Shown piece by piece: positions 40,848 to 50,642 of a stretch of 64,000 bases of DNA. This DNA is from Nitrosopumilus sp. (GTDB taxonomy: Archaea; Thermoproteota; Nitrososphaeria; Nitrososphaerales; Nitrosopumilaceae), in NCBI GenBank assembly GCA_963662625.1, contig OY759726.1:1024001-1088000 (forward strand), read 5' to 3'. Positions within the stretch are counted from its first letter, which is position 1; the number at the start of each line of letters is the position of its first letter. The notes beneath the pieces were generated by a model that made no database searches, was not told the origin of the DNA, and was given only the letters and a program-made list of their open reading frames with translations. The translations under genes were made by a program, and so were the position numbers.

Positions 40848-41073
40848 ACATAGGTGCGCAACCATGCCTGAACCCGTCTTTGTGGGGTTGTTTTTCGTGC
40901 CTGAAAACCGAGTTGCGCAACAAGCTACTTGGGGGGGAAACTATACCTGAAATGTGGGTTGTGCAAGAGCACAACGCACTATATTTGTAGTCTATGAGCA
41001 TGACTCCTAGTCGAAGCCGTGCCCTATACACCATATGTATTATTGGGTATATATACGGTCTGTTACATACTAG

Positions 41074-42075
41074 GTATGAGGTCACCACCCCTACACTATC
41101 TTGGATACCTCGCCTGACAGGGATTTCCCGTGCCTCTCCCACATGATCATGCACGTCATGAAGTGGGACCACCTGTCCCTCCAGGGCTTCCCTCCCTTGA
41201 TCTGGCCGCTTATCTTTCGGGACGCCACCACGTGCCGCAGGCCGCGCCCGGGGGCGCTGTCCGTGGGCCCCGCCCCCCTGTGCCCCGGGAACGTGAACAG
41301 GCGGGGCAGCGGCGCCTGCAGCCTGCCCGCCAGGGGGGCAGGCGCGGTGCCCCCGGCGTCCCCGTGCCCGAACGGCAGCCTGCGCATCCCAGACTCGAAG
41401 GCGCGGCGCAGGCGCGCCGAGTGCCTGCCCGAGGCGGCGGCCGCCGGCGCCCCCTTCCTCTCCGCGGCGCGCCGCAGCTCCCGCAGCCCGTGGGACCGGC
41501 ACGGCCGGTGGCGCCCGCCCGGGCCTGACCTCCCGTACGCGGAGGGCCTGCCGGACGTGACGATCCCGCGGTACCCGCCCGCGTGCCTGCCTGGCACCCG
41601 CGGCCCCCTGCTCCGGCCGTGCACGATCACGGCGTTCCTGCCGGACCGGGTGACCCGCGCCCGCCCGCCCTCTCCCGCCAGGTTGGCGCGCGTCTCGTCG
41701 GCCCCGGCATTCTTGGACCTCCTGGCGCGGCCCACGATGTCCCGGAACTGCCCGCGCATCGCGCCGCGGGTGTGCCCCGTCACGTTTATCGCGGTCGATT
41801 TCGCGATCCTCACCCCCGTGATCTCCCGCACGGCCCCCGCCATCTTCCCGAACGGGACGGCCGCGTGGCGCAGCGCGGCCACCGCGGCCACCGTGTTCTT
41901 GCCGTAGCTCCCGCGCGCAGGGAGGCCGCTTGGCGCCACGTGCTCCCTGCTGCACTTGGGGCACGCGGCGGTCTGGACGGCGTGGCGCGTCTCCGTCACC
42001 ACCACCTCAAAGTCCAGGATGTCCCGCGTGACGGGCCCAGTAGTTGAAAATGTACCCCGCGGGGCGCCGGCCAGC
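41074..42075 (-). mobile_element. Degenerate IS66-family element, second copy, 5'-truncated
   Basis: Same TIR GTATGAGGTCAC at 41074; open ORF with CPKC, ADET and decayed CWAH and TNN..ER.LR..V..RK motifs. Confidence 0.82.
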
Positions 42076-42119
42076 ATGTTTTGACACGATCCGTGAACGT
42101 TTTGGACAGAAAAGCCAAT

Positions 42120-42500
42120 TGATCAGGCGCCCCTGTCATCCCTTATGCAACACCAAAAAGAACCACAGGGGCACCGGCTTGAGGTGGCGGGCAAGGCGTT
42201 TAAAACGTTGCCACGGCTGCTTGGGAAGGCGGGCATCAGGTTCTCGGGCCGGCACAACGCCGCGTGCGGCATGGCCGACTTCGTGCGCGTGCTGGTGTCC
42301 ATGTGCAGGGACCGCTCGTGCGCGTCGGGCGCCGCCGGGGCGCTCGCCGTGCGCCACGGGCCCCGCCGCGTACCGTCGTCGACGTGGTTCCTGTCCAGGA
42401 TAGGGGGACGTGCCGGGACCCCGGCGCCATGGAGGGCGGGTGCAGGGACGCCCTGCGCTCCACGGTGCGCGGGGCCCGTCGCGCCGGGATCATCGGGGGG
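42120..42500 (+). pseudogene. Possible N-terminal fragment of another transposase (ISH3/IS4-like, uncertain)
   Basis: Frameshifted fragment MQHQKE...VPSSTWFLSRI wedged between IS66 and IS110 relics. Confidence 0.35.
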
Positions 42501-43540
42501 TCAACCCCGGCGCGCCTTACCCGTCCTGGCCAGCTTGCGCCGGTACAGCCTCTCGTTGCGGGACTCGTAGGGTGTCTTGGTGGTCAGCATGTGCCACATT
42601 ATGGTGACCATCTTGTGGGCCACCACGATTATGGCCGGCCCGTGCATGTCCGCGTGCCTCCGGCGCGCGGACGCGTACACGGCCTCCATCCTGGCGTCGT
42701 GCCGCACTGCCACGTCCGCGGCCTCGCACGTGGCCCGGCTAGCCAGGCTGCTGGAGTCGATCTTCTTGATCCTCCCCGCGTGCAGCCGGTTCCCCGACTG
42801 GCATGCGGCCGGGCACAGCCCGGCCCACGACGCCATCTGCCTTGGCCCCCTGAACCCGGGGACGTCCCCCATCCCTGGGGCCATCAGCACCGCGGCGAGC
42901 GTGCCGACGCCGGCCGTGCCGGCCGGCAGCCTCGCGTCACCGTTGTGGGCGGCCCCCGTCCCGGGGAGCCCCTCCGTCACGGAGATCTCCTCCGTCAGGT
43001 GCCCCGCCTGCCGGGCGCACTGGCCCAGGACCAACCCGTCGCACACGGAGCCCGGCCCCGCGGATTCCAGCTGCCCCAGGGCCTTTTCGGAGTGCATGGT
43101 GGAGGCGTCCATTTGGATGTCGTGGCGGCCCGGGAGGCTGCGGGCGCGGCTTGTCACGCGCGTCCTGTCCCGGGCCAGCCTCACCCTATGCCCGGCCATC
43201 GCGCGTATCCCCCTGGTGTGGCCCGGGGGGACGCAGCGCTCCGGTATCATGCCCGTTCCCGGCACCTGCGCTATCTTCTCGGCGTCCACCATGTCGGTCT
43301 TCTTGGCGGTCCTGGCTATCAGGGCCATCCTGTGCGTGTTGGCCAGTTTGATGCCGGTCCCGGTCGCCCCGGAGGCGCCAGACGTCCTGTCCCGCATGTT
43401 GCCAGTCGTCTCGCGGGCGGCCCTGCAGGGGCCGCCGCCCAGGCATGCCTGCGCGCCATCGCCCCTGCGAACTTCGCCGCGCCGTCCCGGGTGTCGGGGT
43501 ACTGCCCCCTCCCGGGAACCTTCCCGTTCCCGTCCACCTG
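42496..43540 (-). mobile_element. IS110-family recombinase relic, second copy, inverted, lacking intact ends
   Basis: Near-identical reverse complement of about 39690-40729. Confidence 0.9.
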
Positions 43541-43572
43541 CATGGTGCCCATCCCCGCGGGCAACTGCACGC

Positions 43573-44127
43573 TCACGCCTTGCGCAGCAGCGTGAACCTC
43601 GCCCTGTCCGGCTCGATCTCCTCGTGCATGTCCACGTTGCTGATCACCCTCACCCCGTAGCCCCGCCACCTCCTGTACATGTTGCGGTACCTGGAATGCC
43701 CGTCGATCCGCCCCTCGTGCTCCCCGAACCTCTCGCAGTTCATTATGTACCTCCTGGCGACCCTGTGCATCTCGGCGACCCCCCTGTCCAGCGTGGCCCC
43801 GTCCAGGTAGTTCAGCAGCCCGTGCGTGAACACGAGGTCCACCGACGCGTCCCCGAACGGCAGGCACGAGATGTCGCCCCTGACAAATCCCCCGTGCGGG
43901 CACCCGCGCCTCGCCATGGCAAGCGCCCTGCAGTTCGGGTCGACCCCGTAGACCCCGGCGGTCTCGGGGAGGAGCCTCAGGTCGATCCCCGTGCCGCACC
44001 CCGCCTCGAGCACGCTTGAGCACCCCAGCGACGCGGCCAGGCCGCTGACGTACCTGGCGAACTCCGCGTTGTACCTGGCCTCGTTCCCGTCGGCGTACCT
44101 GTCCCAGAAGCCCTCGTCGTACCCCAT
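43573..44127 (-). CDS. Class I SAM-dependent methyltransferase
   Basis: VLEAGCGTG, GVD, GD...LPF.D.SVDLV. Confidence 0.9.
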   Translation of the reverse strand: MGYDEGFWDRYADGNEARYNAEFARYVSGLAASLGCSSVLEAGCGTGIDLRLLPETAGVYGVDPNCRALAMARRGCPHGGFVRGDISCLPFGDASVDLVFTHGLLNYLDGATLDRGVAEMHRVARRYIMNCERFGEHEGRIDGHSRYRNMYRRWRGYGVRVISNVDMHEEIEPDRARFTLLRKA

Positions 44128-44161
44128 GGAACCCCCACGCGCAGCCGGTATTTGATGCTAG

Positions 44162-44326
44162 TCACCTGTGGGCGCACGCGCACGGGACCATCTCGGTGTC
44201 AAACGCGCAGTCGTGCGGCCCCTCTGACCTGCCGTCCGTGGGGATCTCCTTCATGCACTCGCCGTGGCGGCCCTTCCTGCAGAACCAGCACACCCTGTAC
44301 GTCTTCCCCGGCGCGCACGACCCCAT
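44162..44326 (-). CDS. 54-aa Cys-rich microprotein
   Basis: Manual translation MGSCAPGKTYRVCWFCRKGRHGEC...HDC...PCACAHR*; fills the ilvE-methyltransferase gap. Confidence 0.65.
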   Translation of the reverse strand: MGSCAPGKTYRVCWFCRKGRHGECMKEIPTDGRSEGPHDCAFDTEMVPCACAHR

Positions 44327-44366
44327 CGGAAACACTAGCGGGATTGCAGGTAAAAACCTTCGCGGG

Positions 44367-45281
44367 CTAGACGAACTCCAGCCACCTCAGGAACCTCTCG
44401 TCCCTGCCCGTGGCCGCGTCCGTGAACGACTTCTGCAGGGCCCTGGTGACGGCCCCCATCTTCCCGTTCCCGATGCTCACCCTGTCGATCTGCGTCACCG
44501 ACTTTACCTCCGCGGCGGTACCCGTCATGAACACCTCGTCTGCCAGGTACAGGTCGTCCCTGTCCAGGTCAGCCTCCTCCACGGAGCCGCCGTCCTCCTC
44601 GATGATCCGGATCACGCTGTCCCTAGTGATCCCCCCCAGACCCCCCGCGGAGAGCGGGGGCGTCCTGACGGCGCCGTCCTTGACCACGAAGATGTTCTCG
44701 GCGCTGCCCTCGGCAACCTTCCCGTGCATGTTGAGCATTATGGCCTCGTCATAGCCGTCTTCTAGCGCCTCGACCCTAGCGAGCGCGGCGTTGGAGTAGT
44801 TTGCGGCGGCCTTTGCCTGCGTGGGCTGCGACCGGGAGTCGATCTTCGCCCAGCTCGAGACCTTGCACCTGGCGCCCTCGAACTTTCCCGCGCTAGACTC
44901 GCCCATCTTCCACTCCCAGCACGCGATGGACACGTCCACCCTGTTCTGGGTGGGGGTGAGCCCCATCTTGCCGTACCCGTAGTACGCCAGGGGCCTGATG
45001 TAGCACTCCTTCAGGCCGCTTGCCCTCACGGTGTCCATTATGGCGCCGCTGATCTGCCTCTTCGAGTACCGCATCCTCATCGAGTACAGCTTTGCTGACC
45101 TGAAGAACCTGTCGACGTGGTCCGCCAGCCTGAACACTGCCCTGCCCCTCGCGGTGTCGTAGCACCTGATCCCCTCGAAGATGGACGTGGAGTAGTGCAG
45201 CGCGTGGGTGAGCACGTGCACCTTGGCGTCCCTGAACGGGACCAGGCTGCCGTTCATCCAGATCTTGCCCGCCTCCCTCAT
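44367..45281 (-). CDS. ilvE: Branched-chain amino acid aminotransferase
   Basis: HALHY, FEGIR, YIRP, AKAAANY, EGSAENIF, GITR, TGTAAEV. Confidence 0.96.
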   Translation of the reverse strand: MREAGKIWMNGSLVPFRDAKVHVLTHALHYSTSIFEGIRCYDTARGRAVFRLADHVDRFFRSAKLYSMRMRYSKRQISGAIMDTVRASGLKECYIRPLAYYGYGKMGLTPTQNRVDVSIACWEWKMGESSAGKFEGARCKVSSWAKIDSRSQPTQAKAAANYSNAALARVEALEDGYDEAIMLNMHGKVAEGSAENIFVVKDGAVRTPPLSAGGLGGITRDSVIRIIEEDGGSVEEADLDRDDLYLADEVFMTGTAAEVKSVTQIDRVSIGNGKMGAVTRALQKSFTDAATGRDERFLRWLEFV

Positions 45282-45456
45282 GGGTGATAACAAAAACCCT
45301 ACCAATTTAAAGAATTATCTCGAGCGCTCCCCGGCATGACCTGCCGCGCGGCCCATCCCGGACCGGCCCCCGCGGGGCTGCCTTCCGCGCCTGGAAGACC
45401 GCCCCGCGAGACTGCCAGGCAGGAAACTACATATTCGATCAGGCGTAACATAATGC

Positions 45457-45660
45457 ATGGAATGGTACCTGGGAATCTCCGCGATAGCGCTCCTCGTGGT
45501 GGGCCTCGTCGGCCAGGCCTTTGAGATGAGGAGGATCAGGGTGGCCGCCTACCAGGGCGGCATGGGATCGTCGAACATTTTCCTGGACCGGCGCAACTTC
45601 AAGTGGTACGGCCTGATCGGGCTGGGAATGGTCATGTGGTACGCCGCGGAGCGCATGTGA
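45457..45660 (+). CDS. Small membrane protein
   Basis: 67 aa, two hydrophobic segments. Confidence 0.65.
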   Translation: MEWYLGISAIALLVVGLVGQAFEMRRIRVAAYQGGMGSSNIFLDRRNFKWYGLIGLGMVMWYAAERM

Positions 45661-45730
45661 CGCGCCCGGGCCGTGCCTGGGGGCGCGCGGCGGATCATGT
45701 TCTATATAGATCAATGCTAAATACCCGAAT

Positions 45731-45843
45731 GGCGTACCAACAGCATCGCGTGTTTTGGGTAACGCCGGACTAAATCTAGATAACGGTCCAAGAACAAACC
45801 CACGTTGGCAACCACCGGTGAAACTCCGGCGTTGCCACTGACA
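45731..45843 (+). ncRNA. Candidate structured small RNA
   Basis: TATATA at 45703-45708; three consecutive hairpins; lower GC than flanks. Confidence 0.45.
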
Positions 45844-45844
45844 C

Positions 45845-47248
45845 TCATCTGATCAGGGCCGATGCCTGGTGCACGGCCCTGATGGCCTTCTTGATGTTGC
45901 CGCCAGAGTCCTCCACCACGATGATTATGCGCGACGTCTCCTCCTGCGCGTCCATGTTCAGTATGTTCAGGCCCGCCTCGCCTATCTTCGCGCTGGTCCT
46001 CGACGCGACGTGCTGCGCCCTCCACATCCCGTCGCCGATCAGGGTGATGACGCCCCTGTTGTAGGTGATCGCAGCCAGCGGGTCAAACGCCAGGAAGTAC
46101 TTCTCGTTCCGCCTCACATAGTCCCCGTCCAGGAACAGTATCCTGGAAAACTCTATCCCGTCCCTCGTAAACGGCGACAGTATCACGAACTCGCTGTACC
46201 GCTTGTCCCTTTCCAGCGACACCAGCAGCTTCTGCACCTCGCTTGTCTCTATCCTGAATATGGCGCAGTTCTCCCTCCCAGTGACGATCTTGATCGGCCG
46301 CCCGCCGTCGCGGTCGGGGATCCTCTTTATCGTCGTGGTCTTCGAGGGGTCCCCCATGTTGGTCACCGTGATCGGCACGTCCACGCCGTTTTCGACGATC
46401 TCCTTGATCGCGATCGGGTCCAGGATCTTCATCCCGAACATCCCGGCGAGCCTCGCCTCGTTGTACGACAGCTGGTCCACCTCGCTGAGCCCGGAGTCCA
46501 CGACCTTGGGATCCGCCGACACGACGGCGCTGTCCTTCTCAAAATCCACCCTCGTGTCGTAGTCCTTGTGGAACAGTATGCCGATGTCGGCCGCCGTCCT
46601 GTCGGAGCCCCCCCTCTCGTAGGTGGTCATGGCCCCCTCGGGGGTCCTCCCGATGAAGCCGCCGATCGTGACCACGTCGTTCTCCTCGACGAGCCTTGCC
46701 ATCTCCCCCATCCTGGCCCGCGACTCGGCCGCGAGGAAGTTGGTGGACTCGATGTTGTGGTCCGTGACGATCGGCCAGTCCTCGAACCCCACGGAGCGCG
46801 ATCTCACCCCGCTGCCCCTCAGGACGTGGTCCATCACCTGGGACATCAGGATCTCGCCGGAGAACGCCAGCGCCCTGGAGCGGACCTCGTCTGCGAACTC
46901 CCGCCTCTCGAGGGCCTCGTCGAGCGCCTCCTGGGCCATGCCGAGGCCAAGCCGGACGGCGTCCGCGCACTCGCCCGCGCCCCCGGCCCTCTCCAGGATC
47001 TTGCCGTAGCAGGCGCCGGCGGCGTCCAGCGACGCCCTCGTGCCGGACTCCGCGTTCCTCCCCTGCTCGAGCACCACGTCGGTGAGCGAGCGCCTCTCCC
47101 CGCCCGCCACGGTGAGGGGGGCCGAGAACACGGCTACCACCTTCGAGTCCCGCCCCAGGTCGCCGATCCTCCTGACGATCGCCGGTATCGACGTGCCGTC
47201 CGTGCCCAGGGCGCTGCCCCCGAACTTCGCTACTACCAGGTTTGCCAC
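45845..47248 (-). CDS. lysC: Aspartate kinase
   Basis: KFGGS, SGE, GFIG, RGGSDRTA, SADP, LSYNEA, ACT domain. Confidence 0.93.
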   Translation of the reverse strand: MANLVVAKFGGSALGTDGTSIPAIVRRIGDLGRDSKVVAVFSAPLTVAGGERRSLTDVVLEQGRNAESGTRASLDAAGACYGKILERAGGAGECADAVRLGLGMAQEALDEALERREFADEVRSRALAFSGEILMSQVMDHVLRGSGVRSRSVGFEDWPIVTDHNIESTNFLAAESRARMGEMARLVEENDVVTIGGFIGRTPEGAMTTYERGGSDRTAADIGILFHKDYDTRVDFEKDSAVVSADPKVVDSGLSEVDQLSYNEARLAGMFGMKILDPIAIKEIVENGVDVPITVTNMGDPSKTTTIKRIPDRDGGRPIKIVTGRENCAIFRIETSEVQKLLVSLERDKRYSEFVILSPFTRDGIEFSRILFLDGDYVRRNEKYFLAFDPLAAITYNRGVITLIGDGMWRAQHVASRTSAKIGEAGLNILNMDAQEETSRIIIVVEDSGGNIKKAIRAVHQASALIR

Positions 47249-47294
47249 GGTACATTACGGCTCCCCGCGGTCATCTATTAAGGATTGGATCGCC

Positions 47295-48317
47295 TCAAAG
47301 CAGGCCCCCGATTATCCTCCCGGCCTCGGCCGCCCCCCCGCCCCGGGCGGGCCTCCTGCCCCGCCCGAGCCTCTCCGAGACCAGGTCCGCCAGCCTGTCG
47401 ACGTCCCCGAAGGAGAACCCCTCCCGGCGGGCGTTGTCCTCCTGCTCGAAATGGCCCCTTATCGGGATGAAAACCCCCGGGGTGCCGTACGCGTTTGCCT
47501 CGTCTATCGTGGACCTGCCGGCAAGCGAGACCAGGGCGTCGGCCGCAAAGACGTACTCGTGCAGGTTGTCGACGAACCCGATGTCCCTGGCCCCCCGCCA
47601 CGCACCGCCTGCCCTGCCCAGGGACGGCCCGGGGGCCAGCACCATCTCGGCGCCCCCCCTTATCCCGGGCGCCGCCTCCAGGGCCTTCTCGATCAGGAAG
47701 CCCCCGGCGTCCGTCCCCCCCACCGACACCAGGACCGTGTTCCTCCCAAACGAGAACCTCTCCCTCAGCTCCCCCCTGGAGAGCGACGCCTGCCTGACCA
47801 CCGGGCCGACCCTCGATACGTTGCCGCTGTCCTCCCCGCGCTCCGGCATGATCACCGCGTCGCACCTCCCGATGATCTCGCGCATCGCCCCGTTCATCGC
47901 CCTCTCGATGACCGACGCCGGCCATCCGGCAAAGCGCGTCTCGAGCACGTCCGTTACCAGGACCGTCGGGATCCCCATCTCCTGCGCCACGGCCAGCGAC
48001 GCAAAGTCCTCGTCGCTTGCCACCAGGCGGGGGCGCCGCGCCCCGATGACCCTCCTTGCCGCCGCCTTGCATTCCCTGTAGTACCGGTAGTAGCCCAGCA
48101 GCCACCTCCCCTGGCCGGCCAGGCGGCCGTCCCTCACCGCGAACCGCGGGGGGTCGTACAGGTCCTCGGCCGCGAAGCCGGCCCCCCTCAGGAGCCGCGC
48201 CGCGTGGCCCCCGGAGACGAACCCCGCCGGGACGCCCCCCATGGCCCCCGCTATGGCGATGTCCCTGGCGGCGTGGCCCAGCCCTATGGGGCTGGTAAAG
48301 AAGAGCAGGCCGGCCAT
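47295..48317 (-). CDS. GT28/MurG-like glycosyltransferase
   Basis: GLGHA.R, VGP, VSVGG, AGRSTIDEA..GTP, HFEQ.DNA. Confidence 0.85.
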   Translation of the reverse strand: MAGLLFFTSPIGLGHAARDIAIAGAMGGVPAGFVSGGHAARLLRGAGFAAEDLYDPPRFAVRDGRLAGQGRWLLGYYRYYRECKAAARRVIGARRPRLVASDEDFASLAVAQEMGIPTVLVTDVLETRFAGWPASVIERAMNGAMREIIGRCDAVIMPERGEDSGNVSRVGPVVRQASLSRGELRERFSFGRNTVLVSVGGTDAGGFLIEKALEAAPGIRGGAEMVLAPGPSLGRAGGAWRGARDIGFVDNLHEYVFAADALVSLAGRSTIDEANAYGTPGVFIPIRGHFEQEDNARREGFSFGDVDRLADLVSERLGRGRRPARGGGAAEAGRIIGGLL

Positions 48318-48464
48318 GGCACCACGCCGCGCCCCCCACATTTCTGCATTCCCGGCGGCGGCGGATCCTGGGGAACGAGGCGGGCGCCGGGTCCGGTGGC
48401 GCGCGGGGGCAGCGGCGGGGCCGGCCGCTCAAAGTTTAAATGGTTTTCAGCGAGGTATGTCTCT

Positions 48465-48539
48465 GGGCCCATAGTCCAGTTCGGTTATGACGTCGCCCTT
48501 ACACGGCGAAGATCCGGGGTTCAAGTCCCCGTGGGCCCA
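48465..48539 (+). tRNA. tRNA-Val(TAC)
   Basis: GGGCCCA/TGGGCCC; TCGCC-CT-TAC-AC-GGCGA; GGTTCAAGT; TTTAAA promoter upstream. Confidence 0.95.
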
Positions 48540-48834
48540 TCCAGGCTTCGGACTCGGGCCAGCCTAGCGCGGCCTGCCGCCCGGGCCATGCGTCATTGCC
48601 ACACGCAGGACTCGAGGATGCCCGCGACGTCCGCGGGAATGGCGGCCACCCCGTACGTCCTGACCATGATCCTTTTCTTCCCCGCCGCCAAGAGCCCGCG
48701 CCGCCCAAGCCTTCCCGCCGTGGAGGCGGGCTTTTCGTCCCGCCGCCATTCCGCAGTCCACTGGCCGCATCCCTGGGGCACTTCTGGGAAGACCGCACGG
48801 CACCGGTTTGTTTTTATACCCTCTCCCAACAATC

Positions 48835-50109
48835 ATGGCATTGAACAAAGCCCTCATTGCCGTACCGATAATCGCGGTGGCCATAATCGTATCCATCGCG
48901 ATGAGCTATTCCGCGGATCCCGGATCCGACATGCAAGACCCGGTATCCCCGGCGCAAGACCCGGTATCCCCGGCGCAAGACCCGGGATCCCAGGCGCAAG
49001 AGGCGCCGGCCCTGTCAGGCGACGTGAACCTGGGCGTACTGCTCCCGCTGACCGGCGACCTGGCCAGCCACGGGGAGGAGGACAGGATGGCGGCCCTGCT
49101 CGCGGTGGACGACTTTAACGCGTACCTGAGGGACAACGGCAGGGACTGGCAATTTACCAGCACCGTGGAGGACACGCAGACAAACCCGGTGATTGCGCTG
49201 GAAAAGGTCACGGCGCTCAACGCGAAGGGAATAAACGTCGTGGTGGGGCCCGCCACCAGCGCGAACATAAGGAACATCATAGGGTACGCCACCGCGAACA
49301 ACGTTATACTGATCAGCTGCTGCAGCACCGCCCCGGCGCTGGCAATAGCCGGGGACAACGTCTTCAGGACAGTCCCCGACGACACCAAGCAGGGGCCGGC
49401 GATCGCGGACCTGATGAAGTCCCGCGGCGTCGAAGCCCTCATTCCAGTGTGGCGGGCAGACGCCTGGGGCGACGGCCTGAGGGACGCCACGGTTGAGGCG
49501 TTCTCCTCGTCTGGCGGCGTCGTGGACGACGGCATAAGGTACAACCCCGAGTCCCCGGAGTTCTCGGCGTCAACCTCGCTCCTGGCGAACCAGGTCCAGC
49601 AGTACGTGGACCAGTACGGCGCCGACAAGGTGGGGGTGCTTCTGATCTCATTTTCTGAGACCCTCCAGTTCATGCAGTCGGCCTCGGCGCACGACGTGCT
49701 GGACGACGTGAGGTGGTTCGGCTCGGACGCCAACACCAACGAGCAGAAGATCATAGAGGATCCCATAGGGCTCCAATTCTCCCAGGCGGTCGATTTCACC
49801 ACCGTGCAGTTCGCTGCGTTTGACAACCCCGTTAACAAGAGGGTGAAGGACCACATAGTGTCGGAGCTCGGCAGGGTCCCGAGCGTCTACGCCTACACCT
49901 CGTACGACGCCGTCTGGCTTGCGGGCCTCGCGATCGACGCGGCGCAGAGCACGGAGACGGCGCAGATCAGGGAGAACATCATCCCGGTCGCCGCCGACTT
50001 TACCGGCGCGGTCGGCTCGACCAAGCTCAACCCCGCGGGGGACCTGGACTCCTCGGACTATGCCGTGTGGACGATAAGTGACGACGTGTGGATAGTCATC
50101 GACCAATAG
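48835..50109 (+). CDS. ABC branched-chain amino-acid (LivJ-like) substrate-binding protein, stand-alone
   Basis: N-terminal TM, GVLLPLTG, EDT, VVGP..S, STAP.L, FRTVPDD, YDAV; 21-bp repeats in linker. Confidence 0.9.
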   Translation: MALNKALIAVPIIAVAIIVSIAMSYSADPGSDMQDPVSPAQDPVSPAQDPGSQAQEAPALSGDVNLGVLLPLTGDLASHGEEDRMAALLAVDDFNAYLRDNGRDWQFTSTVEDTQTNPVIALEKVTALNAKGINVVVGPATSANIRNIIGYATANNVILISCCSTAPALAIAGDNVFRTVPDDTKQGPAIADLMKSRGVEALIPVWRADAWGDGLRDATVEAFSSSGGVVDDGIRYNPESPEFSASTSLLANQVQQYVDQYGADKVGVLLISFSETLQFMQSASAHDVLDDVRWFGSDANTNEQKIIEDPIGLQFSQAVDFTTVQFAAFDNPVNKRVKDHIVSELGRVPSVYAYTSYDAVWLAGLAIDAAQSTETAQIRENIIPVAADFTGAVGSTKLNPAGDLDSSDYAVWTISDDVWIVIDQ

Positions 50110-50139
50110 CCAGCTGGTACGCGGCACTGGCATGAGCAT

Positions 50140-50190
50140 GTGGTAGCCACCCGGGCGCAGTTGCCCCGATGGATCGGCGCCCGGCAGCGC
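50140..50190 (+). mobile_element. Solo relic of the IS110 left end
   Basis: 42/51 identity to 39456-39506. Confidence 0.8.
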
Positions 50191-50642
50191 TACGGCACGG
50201 TGATGCCCTTCGTGAAAGAGAGCGAGTTCTGCTCAAAGCCGAGGCGCCTGTAGAACTTGTGGGACTCTTTGCGCACGTTTGCCGACTCCAGCCTTATCCT
50301 GTGGCACCTCTTCTTCTTTGCGTGCGCTATGCACGCGTTGACCAGCCTCTTGCCAGTCCCGCGGTTCCGGTGCCCGCTGTGCACTATGAGCTCCGCGATG
50401 TACAGCTCCGGCGTCAGGCGGTTCAGCCTCGGCAGCAGCACCATGCTTGCCATCCCGACCACCTCCCCGTCCTCCCTGGCCACGATGATCCTCTTGTCGG
50501 GATCCGAGGTGTACCTCTTCACCATCCCCTCGAACGCCCTGGCGTCCGCGTCCTTTTGCGGCCTCGGGCGGCCCAGCGCATACGACAGCTCCAGTATCGC
50601 CGGGGCGTCCCGGTACGTTGCGCTCCTTATGGCGGCGGCCAT
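50190..50642 (-). CDS. GNAT family N-acetyltransferase
   Basis: ELIV...RNRGTG, H.FY..LGF. Confidence 0.9.
   Translation of the reverse strand: MAAAIRSATYRDAPAILELSYALGRPRPQKDADARAFEGMVKRYTSDPDKRIIVAREDGEVVGMASMVLLPRLNRLTPELYIAELIVHSGHRNRGTGKRLVNACIAHAKKKRCHRIRLESANVRKESHKFYRRLGFEQNSLSFTKGITVP

Noticed and set aside
39618-43397. Active transposases
   Set aside because: Catalytic residues are substituted and frames broken; ORFs stay open only because GC-ward decay rarely creates stops.
37531-43570. Integrative element or provirus at tRNA-Lys
   Set aside because: No tyrosine/serine integrase, viral genes or duplicated tRNA 3' end found; contents are IS relics plus one orphan.
48545-48800. Gene or element downstream of tRNA-Val
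   Set aside because: Only short, low-complexity ORFs with no recognisable motif or ends.
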